DNA of 64,000 nt from an uncultured SAR116 cluster alpha proteobacterium (GTDB lineage: Bacteria; Pseudomonadota; Alphaproteobacteria; Puniceispirillales; Marisalimonadaceae), in assembly GCA_902533695.1 (NCBI GenBank), contig CACAMV010000001.1, positions 2,979 through 66,978 of the forward strand, written 5' to 3'. Below are positions 50,494-64,000 of this stretch, in pieces. Every line of letters starts with the position of its first letter. Positions within the stretch are counted from its first letter, which is position 1. The notes under the pieces are model-generated. The model did no database searches, was not told the origin of the DNA, and was given only the letters and a program-made list of their open reading frames with translations. Made by a program: the position numbers and the translations under genes.

Positions 50494-51177
50494 CTATTGT
50501 AATTGATTAGAATTTTTATTATTTAATTTTTTGTCTTGAGCTAAAGGATCATGTTCCATAATTTCTCCTTTAAAAATCCACACTTTTACTCCTGTTGTTC
50601 CATAAGTCGTAAAAGCGGTCGCTTCTCCATAGTCAACATCTGCACGAAGGGTATGTAAGGGAACGCGTCCTTCTCTATACCATTCAGTTCTTGCTATCTC
50701 TGCTCCACCTAGTCTTCCTGAGCAATTAATTCTTACCCCTTGAGCTCCAAGTCGCATAGCAGCCTGAACAGCTCGTTTCATAGCTCTTCTAAACGCCACC
50801 CTTCTTTCTAATTGTTGAGCAATACCCTCAGCAACTAATTTTGCATCCAATTCAGGTTTTCTAACTTCAATAATATTTAAGCTTACTTCTGTACCAGATT
50901 TTTTTTCCAAACTTTTTCTTAAGCCTTCAATGTCCTGCCCTTTTTTGCCAATAACTAAACCTGGACGACCAGCGTATATTGTAACTCTAGTCTTTCCAGC
51001 AGGTCTCTCTATTAAAATTTTACTAACTGCAGCAGATTTCAACTTTCCAAACAAGTATCTTCTTAAGCTAAGATCTTGATGTAAATAATCAGGATATGAT
51101 TTTGTGCTAAACCATCTTGAGTCCCAAGTTCTATTTATTCCCAATCTAAATCCTACAGGTTTAGTCTTTTGTCCCAT
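50494..51177 (-). CDS. rpsC: 30S ribosomal protein S3
   Basis: 227 aa. [13 protein letters not shown]...KH domain. Confidence 0.98.
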   Translation of the reverse strand: MGQKTKPVGFRLGINRTWDSRWFSTKSYPDYLHQDLSLRRYLFGKLKSAAVSKILIERPAGKTRVTIYAGRPGLVIGKKGQDIEGLRKSLEKKSGTEVSLNIIEVRKPELDAKLVAEGIAQQLERRVAFRRAMKRAVQAAMRLGAQGVRINCSGRLGGAEIARTEWYREGRVPLHTLRADVDYGEATAFTTYGTTGVKVWIFKGEIMEHDPLAQDKKLNNKNSNQLQ

Positions 51178-51557
51178 TATTTATCCCCTTCTTGTTCAGA
51201 AAGAATTATAGTTAAGTGAGAAAATGGCTTTAAAATCCTCGCCCCTCTTCCTCTAGCTCTTGCGTGAAATCTTTTCATAACTATACTTTTCCCAACAAAA
51301 GCCTCTTTAACATATAACTTGTCAATATCTAAAGAGTGATTGTTTTCGGCATTAGCGATAACAGATCTCATAGCTTTCTCAACTTGTTTAGCAATCCTTT
51401 TCTTAGAAAATTGTAAAATAGAAATTGCTCTGTCAGCTTTAACTTTTCTTATAGTTTGCAGAGTTAAATTAAGCTTTTGGGGACTAATTTTTATATTTTT
51501 TAATACAACTTTAGCTTCATTATCTTTTTCTCGTCTTGCATTTGTTTTTTGAGACAT
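51177..51557 (-). CDS. rplV: 50S ribosomal protein L22
   Basis: 126 aa. ISPQKLNL...[21 protein letters not shown]. Confidence 0.96.
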   Translation of the reverse strand: MSQKTNARREKDNEAKVVLKNIKISPQKLNLTLQTIRKVKADRAISILQFSKKRIAKQVEKAMRSVIANAENNHSLDIDKLYVKEAFVGKSIVMKRFHARARGRGARILKPFSHLTIILSEQEGDK

Positions 51558-51563
51558 AATTAA

Positions 51564-51839
51564 CTACCTTTTAACCTTTTTATCAGCTGCGTGACCGTAA
51601 AAAGTTCTGGTTGGGGCAAACTCACCTAATTTATGACCAACCATATTTTCATTAACAGTCACAGGTATAAATTTTTTCCCATTATGAACTCCAAATGTCA
51701 AACCAACAAATTGGGGCATAATAGTCGATCGTCTAGACCATGTTTTAATTACATCATTTCTACCAGATTGACGAACCACATCAGCCTTTTTTAACAAATA
51801 ACCATCTACAAATGGACCTTTCCACACTGACCTAGCCAT
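51564..51839 (-). CDS. rpsS: 30S ribosomal protein S19
   Basis: 91 aa. [12 protein letters not shown]...[13 protein letters not shown]. Confidence 0.98.
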   Translation of the reverse strand: MARSVWKGPFVDGYLLKKADVVRQSGRNDVIKTWSRRSTIMPQFVGLTFGVHNGKKFIPVTVNENMVGHKLGEFAPTRTFYGHAADKKVKR

Positions 51840-51847
51840 AACTAATT

Positions 51848-52672
51848 CTACTTACTCCTTCTTCTAACAATAAATTTATCGGTTTTTTTGTTGTTTCTTG
51901 TTCTTTTCCCTTTAGTAGGCTTCCCCCATGGCGATACTGGATGTCTACCTCCTGACGTCCTACCTTCACCTCCACCATGTGGATGATCAATCGGATTCAT
52001 CGCTACGCCCCTAACTGTAGGTCTTTTGCCTAACCACCTATTTCTTCCTGCCTTACCAAAGTTTTGATTTTGATTATCAGGATTTGAAACAGAACCAATC
52101 GAACACATACAACTAGAAAGTACAAGCCTCACTTCTCCGGATGTAAGCCTTAAAATAGAATATGAAAGATCCTTTCCAATAACCTGAATGTAAGATCCAG
52201 CTGATCTAGCTAATTGCCCGCCTTTGCCAGGCTTTAATTCCACATTATGAACTATAGTACCCACTGGAACAGATGAAAGAGGCATAGCATTTCCTGGCTT
52301 AATATCAGCTTTTTTTGAAGAAATTACTTTATCTCCTACAGCTAGTTTTTGAGGAGCCAAAATATAACTTAACTGACCATCGCTATATTTTAGCAAGGCT
52401 ATAAAAGCAGATCTGTTCGGATCAAATTCTATGCGTTCAACAATTCCTTCAACATCCATTTTTTTTCTTTTAAAATCCACTATTCTATAACGTCTTTTAT
52501 GACCTCCACCTTTTTGCCAAGAAGTGATTCTTCCAGCATTATTTCTTCCACCAGATTTAGTCAGTCCATAGGTAAGCTTTTTAACTGGTTTACCTTTAAA
52601 AAGACTTGACCTATCAATTAAGACAAGACCTCTTTGTGCAGGAGTCATAGGATTGTATTGCTTCAATGGCAT
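51848..52672 (-). CDS. rplB: 50S ribosomal protein L2
   Basis: 274 aa. [23 protein letters not shown]. Confidence 0.98.
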   Translation of the reverse strand: MPLKQYNPMTPAQRGLVLIDRSSLFKGKPVKKLTYGLTKSGGRNNAGRITSWQKGGGHKRRYRIVDFKRKKMDVEGIVERIEFDPNRSAFIALLKYSDGQLSYILAPQKLAVGDKVISSKKADIKPGNAMPLSSVPVGTIVHNVELKPGKGGQLARSAGSYIQVIGKDLSYSILRLTSGEVRLVLSSCMCSIGSVSNPDNQNQNFGKAGRNRWLGKRPTVRGVAMNPIDHPHGGGEGRTSGGRHPVSPWGKPTKGKRTRNNKKTDKFIVRRRSK

Positions 52673-52676
52673 AAGT

Positions 52677-53006
52677 TTAAACTCCTACCGACAAATCTAT
52701 AGAATTACCCTTTTCTAGAGTAACTATGGCTTTTTTAGTATCATTTCTTTTTCCCATTATACCTTTAAGTCTTTTACGTTTACCTTTTAAATTTATTACA
52801 TTTACTGTTTTAACCTTGACTGAGAAAAGCTTTTCAATTGCATTTTTAATCTCAAATTTGTTACAAGTCGGTAACACAGAAAAGACAACTTTATTATATT
52901 CGGAGAGTCTTGTAGCCTTTTCTGTAACAAGAGGTTTTAAAATAATTCTATAAGATTTATTTAAATCTATTTCAGAAGAATTTTTATATTTCTTTGTCAA
53001 ACTCAT
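52677..53006 (-). CDS. rplW: 50S ribosomal protein L23
   Basis: 109 aa. [11 protein letters not shown]...KKAIVTL. Confidence 0.95.
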   Translation of the reverse strand: MSLTKKYKNSSEIDLNKSYRIILKPLVTEKATRLSEYNKVVFSVLPTCNKFEIKNAIEKLFSVKVKTVNVINLKGKRKRLKGIMGKRNDTKKAIVTLEKGNSIDLSVGV

Positions 53007-53623
53007 TGAAATCTTCCTTCAAATTCTTTTACAGCAACTTCAGTAAATAAAATTTTATCTTTCTTAATTATATCATAAACATTAAGGCCTATTTGACTTA
53101 TCAAATCCACATTAGGAATATTACTAAGAGATTGATAAAAATCTGTTTTATTGTCGCTAGAACCAATTACTATTAAAAGTTTGTCTAAAGAGGATTTTTT
53201 TAAGTAATTATTAAACGTTTTTGTTTTTTTATCTAATTTTTCGCTTTCTAAAATTAGTAATTCTCCACTTTTCGCTTTAAGTGAAATGGCCGATTTTAAA
53301 CCCATAATCCTAATTTTCTTATTTAATTTATGAGCATGATCTCTTACAACTGGACCATGTGAGACCCCACCACCTCTAAATTGAACAACAGATATATTAC
53401 CATGTCTTGCTCTTCCAGTTCCTTTTTGTCTATACATCTTCGCATTAGTTGTTTTAATCTCACTTCTAGATTTTACTTTATGATTACCTGATCTTCTTTT
53501 ACTTAACTGCCATTTTATAACTCTTTCAATAATATCTGAACGAGGTTCTACATCAAATATATCATCCCTTACCTCAAAATCTTTTTGCTTGTTTTTTACT
53601 ATATTTATAGATTTAATCTTCAA
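53003..53623 (-). CDS. rplD: 50S ribosomal protein L4
   Basis: 206 aa. [12 protein letters not shown]...RGGGVSHGP. Confidence 0.97.
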   Translation of the reverse strand: MKIKSINIVKNKQKDFEVRDDIFDVEPRSDIIERVIKWQLSKRRSGNHKVKSRSEIKTTNAKMYRQKGTGRARHGNISVVQFRGGGVSHGPVVRDHAHKLNKKIRIMGLKSAISLKAKSGELLILESEKLDKKTKTFNNYLKKSSLDKLLIVIGSSDNKTDFYQSLSNIPNVDLISQIGLNVYDIIKKDKILFTEVAVKEFEGRFQ

Positions 53624-54461
53624 CTTTATTTTCCTCTTTAGAATCTGATATTTCAGTTGTATTTTTGTTTGAATTTTGTTTGGCTAATAACTCATGATCT
53701 AAGTGCTGATCTTTTTTTTCTAATTTTTCTTTGTCAGATACTTCTTTGTTTTTAACAAGTTGCTGATTATCATCTGATATAGTATCTTTTTTCAAACCTG
53801 CAGGCTTTAACACAGCTTCAGGTAATTTGCTCTTAGTAGCGTCTTTTATAAGGACATATGAATTTTTGGGTCCTGGTATAGAACCTTTTACAAAAATTAG
53901 GTCATTTTCTTCGTTTATATTCACAATTGACAAATTTTGTATTGTTTTTTTAACATTCCCATACTGACCAGCCATTTTCTTTCCTTTCCAAACTCTTCCT
54001 GGATCCTGGCTATTCCCAGTTGATCCATGAGATCTATGACTAATAGACACCCCATGAGATGCTCCAAGGCCTGAAAAATTATGTCTCTTCATCGCGCCAG
54101 AAAAACCTTTGCCAATTGATATTCCAGATGCGTCTACTTTTTGTCCTACAACAAAGTGATTAGCAGAAAAAGTATCACCAATATTAAGTTTCATATCATC
54201 TTCAACTACAAACTCTCTCAAAATTTTTTTAGGTTCAACTTTTAACTTAGCAAAATAGCCTCTTAATGGTTTGGTTAAGTTTTTTGTTTTTACTGCCCCT
54301 GCGCCAATCTGAATAGCATTATATCCATCGTTTTCTTGATTCCTAATATTTACAACTTGAACATTATCAAGTTTTAAAATTGTAACAGGGGTATCAACTC
54401 CATCATTTGAAAAAACCCTCGTCATACCAATTTTTCTTAATATTAAACCACTACGCATCAA
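53613..54461 (-). CDS. rplC: 50S ribosomal protein L3 (with a long charged C-terminal tail)
   Basis: 282 aa. MRSGLILRKIGMTRVF...HRSHGSTGNSQDPGRVWKGKKMAGQYG. About 57 extra K/E/D/N-rich residues sit at the C-terminus. Confidence 0.96.
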   Translation of the reverse strand: MMRSGLILRKIGMTRVFSNDGVDTPVTILKLDNVQVVNIRNQENDGYNAIQIGAGAVKTKNLTKPLRGYFAKLKVEPKKILREFVVEDDMKLNIGDTFSANHFVVGQKVDASGISIGKGFSGAMKRHNFSGLGASHGVSISHRSHGSTGNSQDPGRVWKGKKMAGQYGNVKKTIQNLSIVNINEENDLIFVKGSIPGPKNSYVLIKDATKSKLPEAVLKPAGLKKDTISDDNQQLVKNKEVSDKEKLEKKDQHLDHELLAKQNSNKNTTEISDSKEENKVED

Positions 54462-54467
54462 ACTACC

Positions 54468-54776
54468 TTAAATTTTTATTTCAACATCTACACCAGAAGC
54501 TAAATCTAGCTTCATAAGAGCATCAACAGTTTGCGGAGTAGGTTCTAGAATATCTAATAATCTTTTATGAGTTCTAATTTCAAATTGCTCTCTACTTTTC
54601 TTATCTACATGAGGACTTTTTAAAACTGTAAATCTCCTTAAAGATGTTGGCAAAGGTATTGGACCGCGAACCTGTGCTCCAGTTCTTCTAGCTGTATTAA
54701 CAATTTCAGAAGTTGACTGATCTAGCACCCTATGATCAAAAGCTTTTAATCTTATTCTTATATTTTGATTTTCCAT
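54468..54776 (-). CDS. rpsJ: 30S ribosomal protein S10
   Basis: 102 aa. [16 protein letters not shown]. Confidence 0.98.
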   Translation of the reverse strand: MENQNIRIRLKAFDHRVLDQSTSEIVNTARRTGAQVRGPIPLPTSLRRFTVLKSPHVDKKSREQFEIRTHKRLLDILEPTPQTVDALMKLDLASGVDVEIKI

Positions 54777-54788
54777 TAATTACTCTAA

Positions 54789-55979
54789 TTACGATTCTAT
54801 GCTTGATACTACCCCTGCACCTACTGTTCTTCCACCTTCTCTTATCGCAAATCTTAATCCTTCATCCATTGCTATTGGTGATATTAACTCTACAGTCATT
54901 GTGATATTGTCTCCCGGCATCACCATTTCTGTCCCTGAAGGTAATTCTACTGACCCTGTAACATCTGTCGTCCTAAAATAAAACTGAGGACGATAATTGC
55001 TAAAAAATGGTGTATGTCTACCTCCCTCTTCTTTAGTTAAAACATAGGCTTCTGCTTTAAATTTTTTAAATGGTTTAATTGAACCAGGAGCTGATAATAC
55101 CTGACCACGTTCTACTTCTTCTCTCTTTGTTCCCCTCAAAAGAACACCAACATTATCTCCTGCCTCGCCCTGGTCTAATAATTTCCTGAACATCTCAACA
55201 CCAGTACATGTTGTTTTGGTGGTTTCCTTTAGACCAACAATTTCTATTTCTTCGCCTACTTTAACTACACCTTTTTCTATCCTACCAGTCACTACAGTAC
55301 CTCGGCCAGAGATTGAGAATACATCCTCAATAGGCATCAAGAAAGGTTGGTCTTTAGGTCTGTCAGGTTGAGGTATATATTTATCCACTTGTTCCATCAG
55401 TGATGTGATAGATTTAACACCTATTTCTTCATCACGTCCTTCTAAAGCTGCTAAAGCACTCCCTTTCACAATAGGTATATCGTCACCTGGAAATTCATAA
55501 CTAGACAATAACTCCCTAATTTCTAATTCAACTAACTCAAGAAGTTCTTCATCATCAACTTGGTCAACCTTATTTAAATAAACAACCAGAGCAGGCACAC
55601 CTACTTGACGGGCCAAGAGTATATGTTCTCTTGTTTGAGGCATGGGACCATCCGCTGCATTCACAACTAATATTGCCCCATCCATTTGAGCTGCGCCAGT
55701 AATCATGTTTTTAACATAGTCAGCGTGTCCAGGACAATCAACGTGAGCATAATGTCTATTCTCTGTCTCATACTCCACGTGTGCAGTCGATATGGTAATA
55801 CCCCTCTCTCTTTCTTCAGGAGCCTTGTCGATCTGATCATAAGCAGAAAACTCAGCACGACCTGCCTCTGCCATAACTTTAGTAATAGCTGCTGTAAGCG
55901 TAGTCTTACCATGATCCACATGACCTATCGTACCTATGTTGACATGTGGCTTACTTCGATCAAATTTCTCTTTAGACAT
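54789..55979 (-). CDS. tuf: elongation factor Tu
   Basis: 396 aa. [22 protein letters not shown]. Confidence 0.99.
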   Translation of the reverse strand: MSKEKFDRSKPHVNIGTIGHVDHGKTTLTAAITKVMAEAGRAEFSAYDQIDKAPEERERGITISTAHVEYETENRHYAHVDCPGHADYVKNMITGAAQMDGAILVVNAADGPMPQTREHILLARQVGVPALVVYLNKVDQVDDEELLELVELEIRELLSSYEFPGDDIPIVKGSALAALEGRDEEIGVKSITSLMEQVDKYIPQPDRPKDQPFLMPIEDVFSISGRGTVVTGRIEKGVVKVGEEIEIVGLKETTKTTCTGVEMFRKLLDQGEAGDNVGVLLRGTKREEVERGQVLSAPGSIKPFKKFKAEAYVLTKEEGGRHTPFFSNYRPQFYFRTTDVTGSVELPSGTEMVMPGDNITMTVELISPIAMDEGLRFAIREGGRTVGAGVVSSIES

Positions 55980-56000
55980 TTTTTAACCTCTCAATTGTTG

Positions 56001-58139
56001 TTAAGCTAATTTAGCTTTTACCTCTTCGGCAACAGCTTGTGGAACTTGTTCATAATGATCAAAAATCATTGTAAATTGAGCCCTGCCTTGACTCATGGAT
56101 CTTAAATTATTGACATAACCAAACATATTAGCTAGAGGAACCATAGCATCAATAACTCTTGCATTACCTCTGCTATCCATACCACCAACTTGTCCTCTTC
56201 TACTATTAAGATCTCCTATGATATCTCCCATATAATCTTCTGGTGTTACTACCTCAACCTTCATTATAGGTTCTAGTAAAGCTGGTGAAGCCTTAGCCAT
56301 TCCCTCTCTAAATGCTGCTCTTGCGGCTATTTCAAAAGCCAAAACAGAGGAATCTACATCATGGCTAGCACCATCAATTAAATTTACTTTAAAGTCGATA
56401 CAAGGAAAACCAGCAACTACACCGTTTTCTTTGGCAAAATTTATACCTTTTTCTACGCCAGGAATATATTCTGTTGGCACAGAACCGCCTCGAATAGAGT
56501 TTATAAACTCATATTCCTTTCCTTGATTTGGAGAGAAAATTAATTTTACTCTTGCAAATTGACCGGCTCCTCCAGATTGTTTTTTATGAGTATAATCTAC
56601 TTCAACTTCTTTAGTTATTGTTTCTCTATATGCTACTTGAGGAGCTCCAATATTAGCTTCTACTTTAAACTCTCTCTTGAGTCTATCTACCAAAATATCT
56701 AAGTGAAGTTCTCCCATACCCTTCATGATAGTTTGACCAGATTCAATATCTGTTGAGACCTGAAATGATGGATCCTCCGCAGCTAATCTTTGGAGCCCAG
56801 TAGACATTTTTTCTTGATCATTTTTTGACTTTGGTTCTACCGCAATCTCTATGACTGGATTGGGGAAGGTCATTGTTTCAAGAACCACTGGTTTATCTGG
56901 ATCACATAATGTATCACCTGTAGTAGTGTCTTTCATACCTGCAAGAGCCACAATGTCTCCAGCAAAAGCCTGATCTATCTCCTCTCTATTATTTGAATGC
57001 ATCATCATCATTCTTCCAACTCTTTCTTTTTTGTTTTTAGTAGAGTTTGATATAGCATCGCCTTTTTTTATTGTCCCAGAATAGATTCTCATAAAAGTTA
57101 ATGACCCAACAAATGGATCATTCATTATTTTAAAAGCCAATCCTGAGAATGGATCTGAATCACTTGCATTTCTCTCTATATTTCTATTTTCTTGAGTATC
57201 ATTTGGTGCAAAACCTAAATATGAAGGAACATCCAAAGGACCTGGCAAAAAGTCAATAACACTATTTAACATGGTTTGTACACCCTTATTTTTAAATGCT
57301 GAACCACATAAAACAGGAACAAAACTCATGTTTAAAGTTCCCTTTCTAATTAATTTTCTTAAAGATTCGTCATCAGGCTCAGTACCATCAAGATATTTTT
57401 CCATCCAATGATCATCCTGTTCCACAACTAATTCTATTAGGGCTGATCTCATCTGTTCTGCCTTGGACTTTAGTTCATCCCTTATCTCTTTTAACTTCCA
57501 TGTTGCACCAAGATCATCAGAATCCCAAATCCATTCCTTCATAGTTACCAAATCAATCAAACCTTCAAACTGATTTTCAGAGCCTATTGGCAAATTAACT
57601 GGAATAGGCAAGGCGCCTGTTCTATCTTTTACCATATGTACACAATTAAAAAAATCTGCACCTATTTTATCCATTTTGTTTACAAAAACAATTCTTGGAA
57701 CCTTATATCTATCTGCTTGCCTCCAAACTGTTTCTGTTTGAGGTTCGATACCTGCATTAGCATCTAAAACACAGATTGCACCATCTAATACAGCTAAAGA
57801 TCTTTCAACCTCTATTGTAAAATCTACATGCCCTGGTGTATCGATAATATTAAATCTAAATTTAGCTTGATCTTTTGTATCACCAAATTTAGTGTCGTGA
57901 TTTTCACCATCATCGGTTCTAAACCAAAAACAAGTAGTAGCAGCAGAAGTTATAGTAATACCTCTTTCTTGTTCTTGTTCCATCCAATCCATGGTGGCAT
58001 TGCCGTCATGAACTTCACCAATCTTATGGTTTTTACCTGTATAATACAATATTCTCTCAGTTGTTGTTGTTTTACCAGCATCAATATGAGCCATTATTCC
58101 AAAATTTCTATATCTATCTAAACCAAAACCTCTTGACAT
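56001..58139 (-). CDS. fusA: elongation factor G
   Basis: 712 aa. [24 protein letters not shown], plus domains II-V. Confidence 0.99.
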   Translation of the reverse strand: MSRGFGLDRYRNFGIMAHIDAGKTTTTERILYYTGKNHKIGEVHDGNATMDWMEQEQERGITITSAATTCFWFRTDDGENHDTKFGDTKDQAKFRFNIIDTPGHVDFTIEVERSLAVLDGAICVLDANAGIEPQTETVWRQADRYKVPRIVFVNKMDKIGADFFNCVHMVKDRTGALPIPVNLPIGSENQFEGLIDLVTMKEWIWDSDDLGATWKLKEIRDELKSKAEQMRSALIELVVEQDDHWMEKYLDGTEPDDESLRKLIRKGTLNMSFVPVLCGSAFKNKGVQTMLNSVIDFLPGPLDVPSYLGFAPNDTQENRNIERNASDSDPFSGLAFKIMNDPFVGSLTFMRIYSGTIKKGDAISNSTKNKKERVGRMMMMHSNNREEIDQAFAGDIVALAGMKDTTTGDTLCDPDKPVVLETMTFPNPVIEIAVEPKSKNDQEKMSTGLQRLAAEDPSFQVSTDIESGQTIMKGMGELHLDILVDRLKREFKVEANIGAPQVAYRETITKEVEVDYTHKKQSGGAGQFARVKLIFSPNQGKEYEFINSIRGGSVPTEYIPGVEKGINFAKENGVVAGFPCIDFKVNLIDGASHDVDSSVLAFEIAARAAFREGMAKASPALLEPIMKVEVVTPEDYMGDIIGDLNSRRGQVGGMDSRGNARVIDAMVPLANMFGYVNNLRSMSQGRAQFTMIFDHYEQVPQAVAEEVKAKLA

Positions 58140-58158
58140 TATTCATTTACCTCCTCAA

Positions 58159-58629
58159 TTACCATCTATAATGTGCAAATGCTTTGTTAGCTTCAGCCAT
58201 TTTGTGAGTATCTTCCCTTTTTTTGACTGAATTTCCTTTGTTAGATGATGCATCAATTAATTCACTTCCTAGCCTTTCAATCATTGACTTCTCATTACGG
58301 TTTCTACTGCTATAAATAATCCACCTAATTGCTAAAGCTTGAGATCTTTCTGATCTTACTTCTACAGGAACTTGGTAAGTAGCGCCACCAACCCTTCTCG
58401 AACGAACTTCTATCTGTGGCTTAACATTATTCAAGGCTTCATGAAATAAGTTTAGAGGATCTGTACTTGTTTTTTTCTTAATAAGGTCTAGTGCTCCATA
58501 AACAATTTTTTCTGCAGTAGACTTTTTCCCATTAAGCATTATGCACGATGTAAACTTAGAAATGATCCTGTCTTTAAACTTAGGATCGGGCATCACTAAT
58601 CTTTTAACTGCTTTTCTTCTACGTGACAT
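58159..58629 (-). CDS. rpsG: 30S ribosomal protein S7
   Basis: 156 aa. [10 protein letters not shown]...KAFAHYRW. Confidence 0.98.
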   Translation of the reverse strand: MSRRRKAVKRLVMPDPKFKDRIISKFTSCIMLNGKKSTAEKIVYGALDLIKKKTSTDPLNLFHEALNNVKPQIEVRSRRVGGATYQVPVEVRSERSQALAIRWIIYSSRNRNEKSMIERLGSELIDASSNKGNSVKKREDTHKMAEANKAFAHYRW

Positions 58630-58637
58630 AACTTCCT

Positions 58638-59009
58638 CTACTTAGGCCTTTTAGTACCATACTTAGATCTTCTCTGACGCCTATCAGAAACACCTTGTGT
58701 ATCAAGTGTACCTCTAATGATATGATATCTGACACCGGGTAAGTCTTTAACTCTCCCGCCTCTAATCATTACAACTGAATGTTCCTGCAAATTATGTCCT
58801 TCACCTGGAATATATGACGTCACTTCATATCCATTAGTTAATCTTATTCTTGCAACTTTTCTTAATGCTGAGTTTGGTTTTTTTGGCGTTGTTGTATATA
58901 CTCTAGTGCAAACACCTCTTTTTTGAGGGCATGACTCCATAGCTGGAACTTTGGTTTTTTTAACAGGTCTCCTCCTGCCATGTCTTATAAGTTGATTAAT
59001 GGTCGGCAT
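58638..59009 (-). CDS. rpsL: 30S ribosomal protein S12
   Basis: 123 aa. MPTINQLIR...[10 protein letters not shown]. Confidence 0.99.
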   Translation of the reverse strand: MPTINQLIRHGRRRPVKKTKVPAMESCPQKRGVCTRVYTTTPKKPNSALRKVARIRLTNGYEVTSYIPGEGHNLQEHSVVMIRGGRVKDLPGVRYHIIRGTLDTQGVSDRRQRRSKYGTKRPK

Positions 59010-59142
59010 ATTTTTCCCTAATTTATCTTCTAAGATTATAATTTAGTGTCTGGTCTCCCACTACCTAAATTATAAAGTTGGCGAAACATAAACCTTAAAA
59101 CCAAAAAAATCAAGAGAAAACATAGCTAAAAATAAAATTGTC

Positions 59143-62100
59143 TTAAATTTCATTTGCCAATGTTTCGTTTCCATCTTCTACTTTTGATTCTAATTTTGAT
59201 TTTTCAATAAGTTCTTTATCTCTTTTGTAAGCAATTGATCTATATTTATTAATTACTGAACCGGTTCCTGCAGGAACTAATCTTCCTACAATTACATTCT
59301 CTTTAAGACCATTCAAAGAGTCAGTTTTGCCTGATACAGCTGCCTCTGTTAAGACTCTAGTGGTCTCTTGAAATGAAGCAGCAGAAATAAAACTATCAGT
59401 TTGAAGGCTAGCTTTAGTGATACCTAATAAAATATGATTTCCTTTTGCAGGTTTTTTGCCTTCATTTAAAACTTTATTATTCATTTCTTTAAACTCTGCT
59501 CTATTAACATGCTCTCCATTTAAAAAAGTCGTGTCTCCGTGATCGACAATCTCTATTTTTTGTAACATTTGTCTGACGATTACCTCTATATGCTTATCAT
59601 TAATTTTTACCCCTTGAAGCCGATAAACATCCTGAACCTCTTTTACCAAATAATTTGCTAATGCTTCAACTCCTAGAATATTTAAAATGTCGTGAGGAAC
59701 AGGACTTCCATCAATAACTAAATCTCCTTTTCTAATAAAATCACCTTCTTGAACAGCTAAAAGCTTACCTTTTGGCACCATATATTCAACAATTTCAATT
59801 TCGTCATCTTGTGGGATTATACGTATACGTCTCTTAGTTTTATAGTCGGCACCAAACTCTACAACACCATCGATCTCTGATATGACAGCAAAATCCTTTG
59901 GTTTTCTAGCTTCAAATAATTCAGCCACTCTTGGCAACCCCCCTGTTATATCTCTAGTTTTAGAACTTTCCCTAGGTATTCTTGCTAACACTGTCCCAGC
60001 TTTAACTTTACTTCCATTATCTATTTGTAATATAGCATTTACAGACATAAAATATCTTGCTTCTAGACCATTATTTAAATTTATAACATTACCATCGTCA
60101 TCCCTGATCGTAATTCTAGGCCTGAGATCACTGCCACCTTTTTGTTGCTTCCAGTCAATTACTTCACGACTAGTAATGCCAGTTATATCATCAGTTACTT
60201 CTCTCATTGAAACGCCATCAATTAAATCAACAAAATTAGCCGTGCCCTTCTTTTCTGAAATTATTGGAATTGTATAAGGATCCCATTCAACCAACAAGTC
60301 TCCACCATTTACTTTTTGACCATCTTGTTTCAACAATTTAGCTCCATATTGAAGCCTATATCTTGCCTTTTCTCTACTTTGCGAATCCAAAATCATCATC
60401 TCAGAAGAACGCGACATCACAACTTCACTTCCATCCTCTGTTTTAATCAGAGAGGCATTTTCAAGTTTAATTGTTCCATCAAATGGTGCTTCTATGTTTG
60501 ATTGCTCTGCACCTCTCTGAGCAGCCCCACCAATATGAAATGTTCTCATTGTTAATTGCGTTCCTGGTTCACCTATAGATTGTGCAGCAACTACACCTAC
60601 TGCTTCCCCCATGTTAACAGGAGTCCCTCTTGCCAAATCTCTACCATAACATACTCCACATATTCCAGTTTTAGCTTCACAGGTTAATGGAGATCTTATC
60701 TTAACTAGATCGATACCTGATTTTTCAATTAAGTCCACAGCTACTTCGTCAATTATTTGACCAGATCCAACTATGGTTATTTGATTATCTGAAGATTTTA
60801 TTTCATTTACAGCAGATCTACCTAAAATTCTTTCTCCTAATGATTCAATTACTTCACCACCTTCAATAACAGCTCTTGTTTCAAATCCATTTTTGGTATT
60901 ACAGTCAACTTCCGTAACAATGCAATCTTGGGCAACATCTACTAATCTTCTAGTTAAATATCCGGAATTAGCTGTTTTTAATGCTGTGTCTGCCAATCCT
61001 TTTCTCGCACCATGCGTAGAGTTAAAATACTCTAAAACATCTAAACCCTCCTTAAAGGAAGATATTATTGGTGTTTCAATAATTTCGCCAGATGGTTTCG
61101 CCATTAAACCTCTCATACCTGCCAGTTGTTTTATTTGAGCTGCTGAACCTCTGGCTCCTGAATGTGCCATCATCCAAACGGAGTTAACAGGCTCATCACC
61201 TTTTGTAGTAGAAATGTTTTTCATCATTTCATCGGCAACGTCATCAGAACATTTTGACCAAACATCAACAACCTTATTATATTTTTCACCCTGTGTAATT
61301 AAACCATCTAAATATTGTTGTTCAAAGTTTTTTACTTTCTTTTCAGCTTCAGAAACAAGATTATTCTTTGTTTTAGGAGTTTCAAGATCTGAAATACCAA
61401 ATGAAATTCCTGCAATACATGCATGATTAAAACCCATTGACATCATTTTATCACAAAAAATTACTGTTTCTTTCTGGCCGCAATGTCTGTAAACAAAATC
61501 AATCACATTTGTCACTTCCTTTTTAGTCATCAATTTATTAATAATTTCATATTTTACCGAAGTATGTATTGGCAAAACTCTAGATAACTTGGCTCTTCCT
61601 GGAGAGGTTTCCAAAATTTTTACAACATTATTACCCTCATCATCAAATGAAGATATTCTAATTTTTACTTTTGCTTGCAAATCTACTTTACCATGATCTA
61701 ATGCTATCAAGGCCTCTTCAGGAGAAGCAAAAATCATCCCTTCACCTTTAGAATTATCATTAACCATAGACAAATAATAAAGACCTAAAATTATGTCTTG
61801 GGAAGGGACAATTATTGGTTTCCCACTTGACGGGGATAAAATATTATTTGTTGACATCATTAAAACCCTTGCTTCTAACTGGGCTTCCAGTGATAATGGC
61901 ACATGAACCGCCATTTGATCTCCATCAAAATCAGCATTAAAAGCTGTGCAAACCAATGGGTGTAAATTAATTGCTTTCCCTTCAACAAGTACAGGTTCAA
62001 AAGCTTGAATACCTAGTCTATGAAGAGTTGGCGCCCTATTCAATAGAACCGGATGCTCCCTTATTACCTCCTCCAAAATATCCCAAACTTCAGGCCTTTC

Positions 62101-63324
62101 TTTTTCAACCATTCTCTTCGCAGCTTTAATCGTATTAGCCAAACCATAAAGTTCTAACTTTGAATAAATAAATGGTTTAAACAACTCCAATGCCATTTTT
62201 TTGGGAATACCACATTGATGTAATTTTAGTTCCGGGCCAACTACAATTACTGACCTTCCTGAATAATCAACTCTTTTTCCAAGAAGATTTTGCCTAAATC
62301 TACCTTGTTTACCTTTTAGCATGTCAGAAAGTGATTTTAATGGTCTTTTATTTACTCCAGTTATAACCCTACCTCTTCTACCATTGTCAAATAGGGCATC
62401 TACTGATTCTTGAAGCATTCTTTTCTCATTTCTGATAATGATATCTGGGGCTCTAAGTTCTATAAGTCTCTTAAGTCTGTTATTTCTATTAATAACTCTC
62501 CTATACAAATCATTTAAGTCTGAAGTTGCAAACCTACCGCCATCAAGAGGTACAAGCGGTCTCAACTCAGGAGGAATTACTGGAACTGATTCCAAAATCA
62601 TCCATTCAGGTTTAGAATCTGATTCTAAAAAAGACTCAACAAGTTTTAAACGTTTTACTAATTTTTTCCTTTTAATTTCAGAATTGGTTTGTTCAAGATC
62701 TTCTTTGATAGAAGTAAGTTCTTCTTCAAGATTTAATTCAGACAAAATTTTTCTTATTGCCTCAGCTCCAATTGATACCTCAAATGCTTCATCCCCAAAT
62801 TCTTCAAGAGCATAATCATAATCTTCTTCAGATAATAATTGACCCTTTTTTAAAGACGTTAGTCCTGGTTCTGTAACTAAAAAACTTTCAAAGTATAAAA
62901 CTTTCTCCAGATCTTTCAAAATCATATCTGTTAAAAGGCCAATTCTTGATGGAAGGGACTTCAAAAACCATATATGGGCCACAGGAGAAGCTAACTCAAC
63001 ATGTCCCATTCTTTCTCTTCTAACTTTGGATAAAGTTACTTCAACGCCACATTTTTCACAAATGATCCCACGGTATTTCATTCTTTTGTATTTGCCACAT
63101 AAACACTCATAATCTCTTACGGGGCCAAATATCTTTGCACAAAACAAACCATCTCTTTCGGGTTTAAAAGTCCTGTAATTTATGGTTTCAGGTTTTTTTA
63201 TCTCTCCAAAAGACCAACTTCTTATTGCCTCTGGAGAAGCAATTGTGATACCTATTTTGTCAAAACCTTGCGTTTGTTCTATTTGACCAAAAGGATTTAC
63301 AAGTTCATTCATAATTTGCTCCAA
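59143..63324 (-). CDS. rpoC: DNA-directed RNA polymerase beta' subunit
   Basis: 1393 aa. Zinc-binding CLCGKY...CEKCGVE and catalytic [12 protein letters not shown]. Confidence 0.99.
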   Translation of the reverse strand: MEQIMNELVNPFGQIEQTQGFDKIGITIASPEAIRSWSFGEIKKPETINYRTFKPERDGLFCAKIFGPVRDYECLCGKYKRMKYRGIICEKCGVEVTLSKVRRERMGHVELASPVAHIWFLKSLPSRIGLLTDMILKDLEKVLYFESFLVTEPGLTSLKKGQLLSEEDYDYALEEFGDEAFEVSIGAEAIRKILSELNLEEELTSIKEDLEQTNSEIKRKKLVKRLKLVESFLESDSKPEWMILESVPVIPPELRPLVPLDGGRFATSDLNDLYRRVINRNNRLKRLIELRAPDIIIRNEKRMLQESVDALFDNGRRGRVITGVNKRPLKSLSDMLKGKQGRFRQNLLGKRVDYSGRSVIVVGPELKLHQCGIPKKMALELFKPFIYSKLELYGLANTIKAAKRMVEKERPEVWDILEEVIREHPVLLNRAPTLHRLGIQAFEPVLVEGKAINLHPLVCTAFNADFDGDQMAVHVPLSLEAQLEARVLMMSTNNILSPSSGKPIIVPSQDIILGLYYLSMVNDNSKGEGMIFASPEEALIALDHGKVDLQAKVKIRISSFDDEGNNVVKILETSPGRAKLSRVLPIHTSVKYEIINKLMTKKEVTNVIDFVYRHCGQKETVIFCDKMMSMGFNHACIAGISFGISDLETPKTKNNLVSEAEKKVKNFEQQYLDGLITQGEKYNKVVDVWSKCSDDVADEMMKNISTTKGDEPVNSVWMMAHSGARGSAAQIKQLAGMRGLMAKPSGEIIETPIISSFKEGLDVLEYFNSTHGARKGLADTALKTANSGYLTRRLVDVAQDCIVTEVDCNTKNGFETRAVIEGGEVIESLGERILGRSAVNEIKSSDNQITIVGSGQIIDEVAVDLIEKSGIDLVKIRSPLTCEAKTGICGVCYGRDLARGTPVNMGEAVGVVAAQSIGEPGTQLTMRTFHIGGAAQRGAEQSNIEAPFDGTIKLENASLIKTEDGSEVVMSRSSEMMILDSQSREKARYRLQYGAKLLKQDGQKVNGGDLLVEWDPYTIPIISEKKGTANFVDLIDGVSMREVTDDITGITSREVIDWKQQKGGSDLRPRITIRDDDGNVINLNNGLEARYFMSVNAILQIDNGSKVKAGTVLARIPRESSKTRDITGGLPRVAELFEARKPKDFAVISEIDGVVEFGADYKTKRRIRIIPQDDEIEIVEYMVPKGKLLAVQEGDFIRKGDLVIDGSPVPHDILNILGVEALANYLVKEVQDVYRLQGVKINDKHIEVIVRQMLQKIEIVDHGDTTFLNGEHVNRAEFKEMNNKVLNEGKKPAKGNHILLGITKASLQTDSFISAASFQETTRVLTEAAVSGKTDSLNGLKENVIVGRLVPAGTGSVINKYRSIAYKRDKELIEKSKLESKVEDGNETLANEI

Positions 63325-63332
63325 TAATTAAA

Positions 63333-64000
<668 letters not shown>

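Noticed and set aside
59010-59142. rpsL promoter elements (two reverse-complement TATAAT hexamers at 59035-59040 and 59069-59074; TTGATT-N17-TATGTT further upstream)
   Set aside because: These are plausible, but TATAAT-like hexamers are abundant in roughly 30% GC DNA and no good -35 partner exists for the perfect hexamers. They cannot be supported without transcription start site data.
59882-62815. Plus-strand ORFs antisense to rpoC (59882-60277, 60316-60501, 60893-61138, 61214-61426, 62438-62815)
   Set aside because: These are shadow ORFs opposite a highly conserved gene. Their S/L/F-rich translations are typical of the antisense frame.

Overview
The window is AT-rich (about 30% GC by eye) and very gene-dense. 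It reads as core chromosome of a streamlined marine alphaproteobacterium, probably SAR11/Pelagibacterales-like. The lineage call rests on alphaproteobacterial marker genes (ATP12 chaperone, NDUFA9-like SDR, zf-CHCC, FYDLN-acid zinc ribbon, ChvG/ChvI-like pair, lptCAB-ptsN) and on gene packing: spacers are mostly 0-25 bp, with many TAATG-type overlaps.

Gene content, left to right:
- partial GT4 glycosyltransferase, alpha/beta hydrolase, GST
- gltBD, uppP, NDUFA9-like SDR, small RNase D-like exonuclease
- lptC-lptA-lptB-ptsN
- a three-gene operon of two 2-hydroxyacid dehydrogenases flanking an HpcH aldolase
- an unknown 181-aa ORF, tRNA-Ala(GGC), FYDLN-acid protein
- aroA-cmk-rpsA-ihfB and trpFBA-accD-folC
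- trxA, sbcB, tsaE, ahcY
- an OmpR-type two-component pair, polA, zf-CHCC
- a lone ABC ATPase, a DsbA-like protein, tRNA-Leu(GAG), lipB
- a small unknown ORF, then ATP12-HAD-rluC
- a 23-kb minus-strand block holding rpoB(partial)-rpoC, rpsL-rpsG-fusA-tuf, and the S10, spc and alpha ribosomal operons. This block includes rpmD, which is too short for the ORF track.

I see no CRISPR array, IS element, integrase, prophage, rRNA, or recognisable multi-gene defence or secondary-metabolite system. I therefore cannot support a claim of a clear novel system here.

The best leads, all modest:
1. lptB has no canonical start codon upstream of its Walker A motif.
2. An orphan 128-aa helical protein carries an R-x4-H (HEPN-like) motif and overlaps the end of the ATP12 gene.
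3. A 333-bp non-coding gap lies next to tRNA-Leu. It contains a decayed ORF and a tandem near-palindromic 10-mer.
4. The dehydrogenase-aldolase-dehydrogenase operon has no assigned substrate, and an unknown gene is transcribed divergently from it.

Functional calls come from motif recognition in the supplied translations. No database search was possible.
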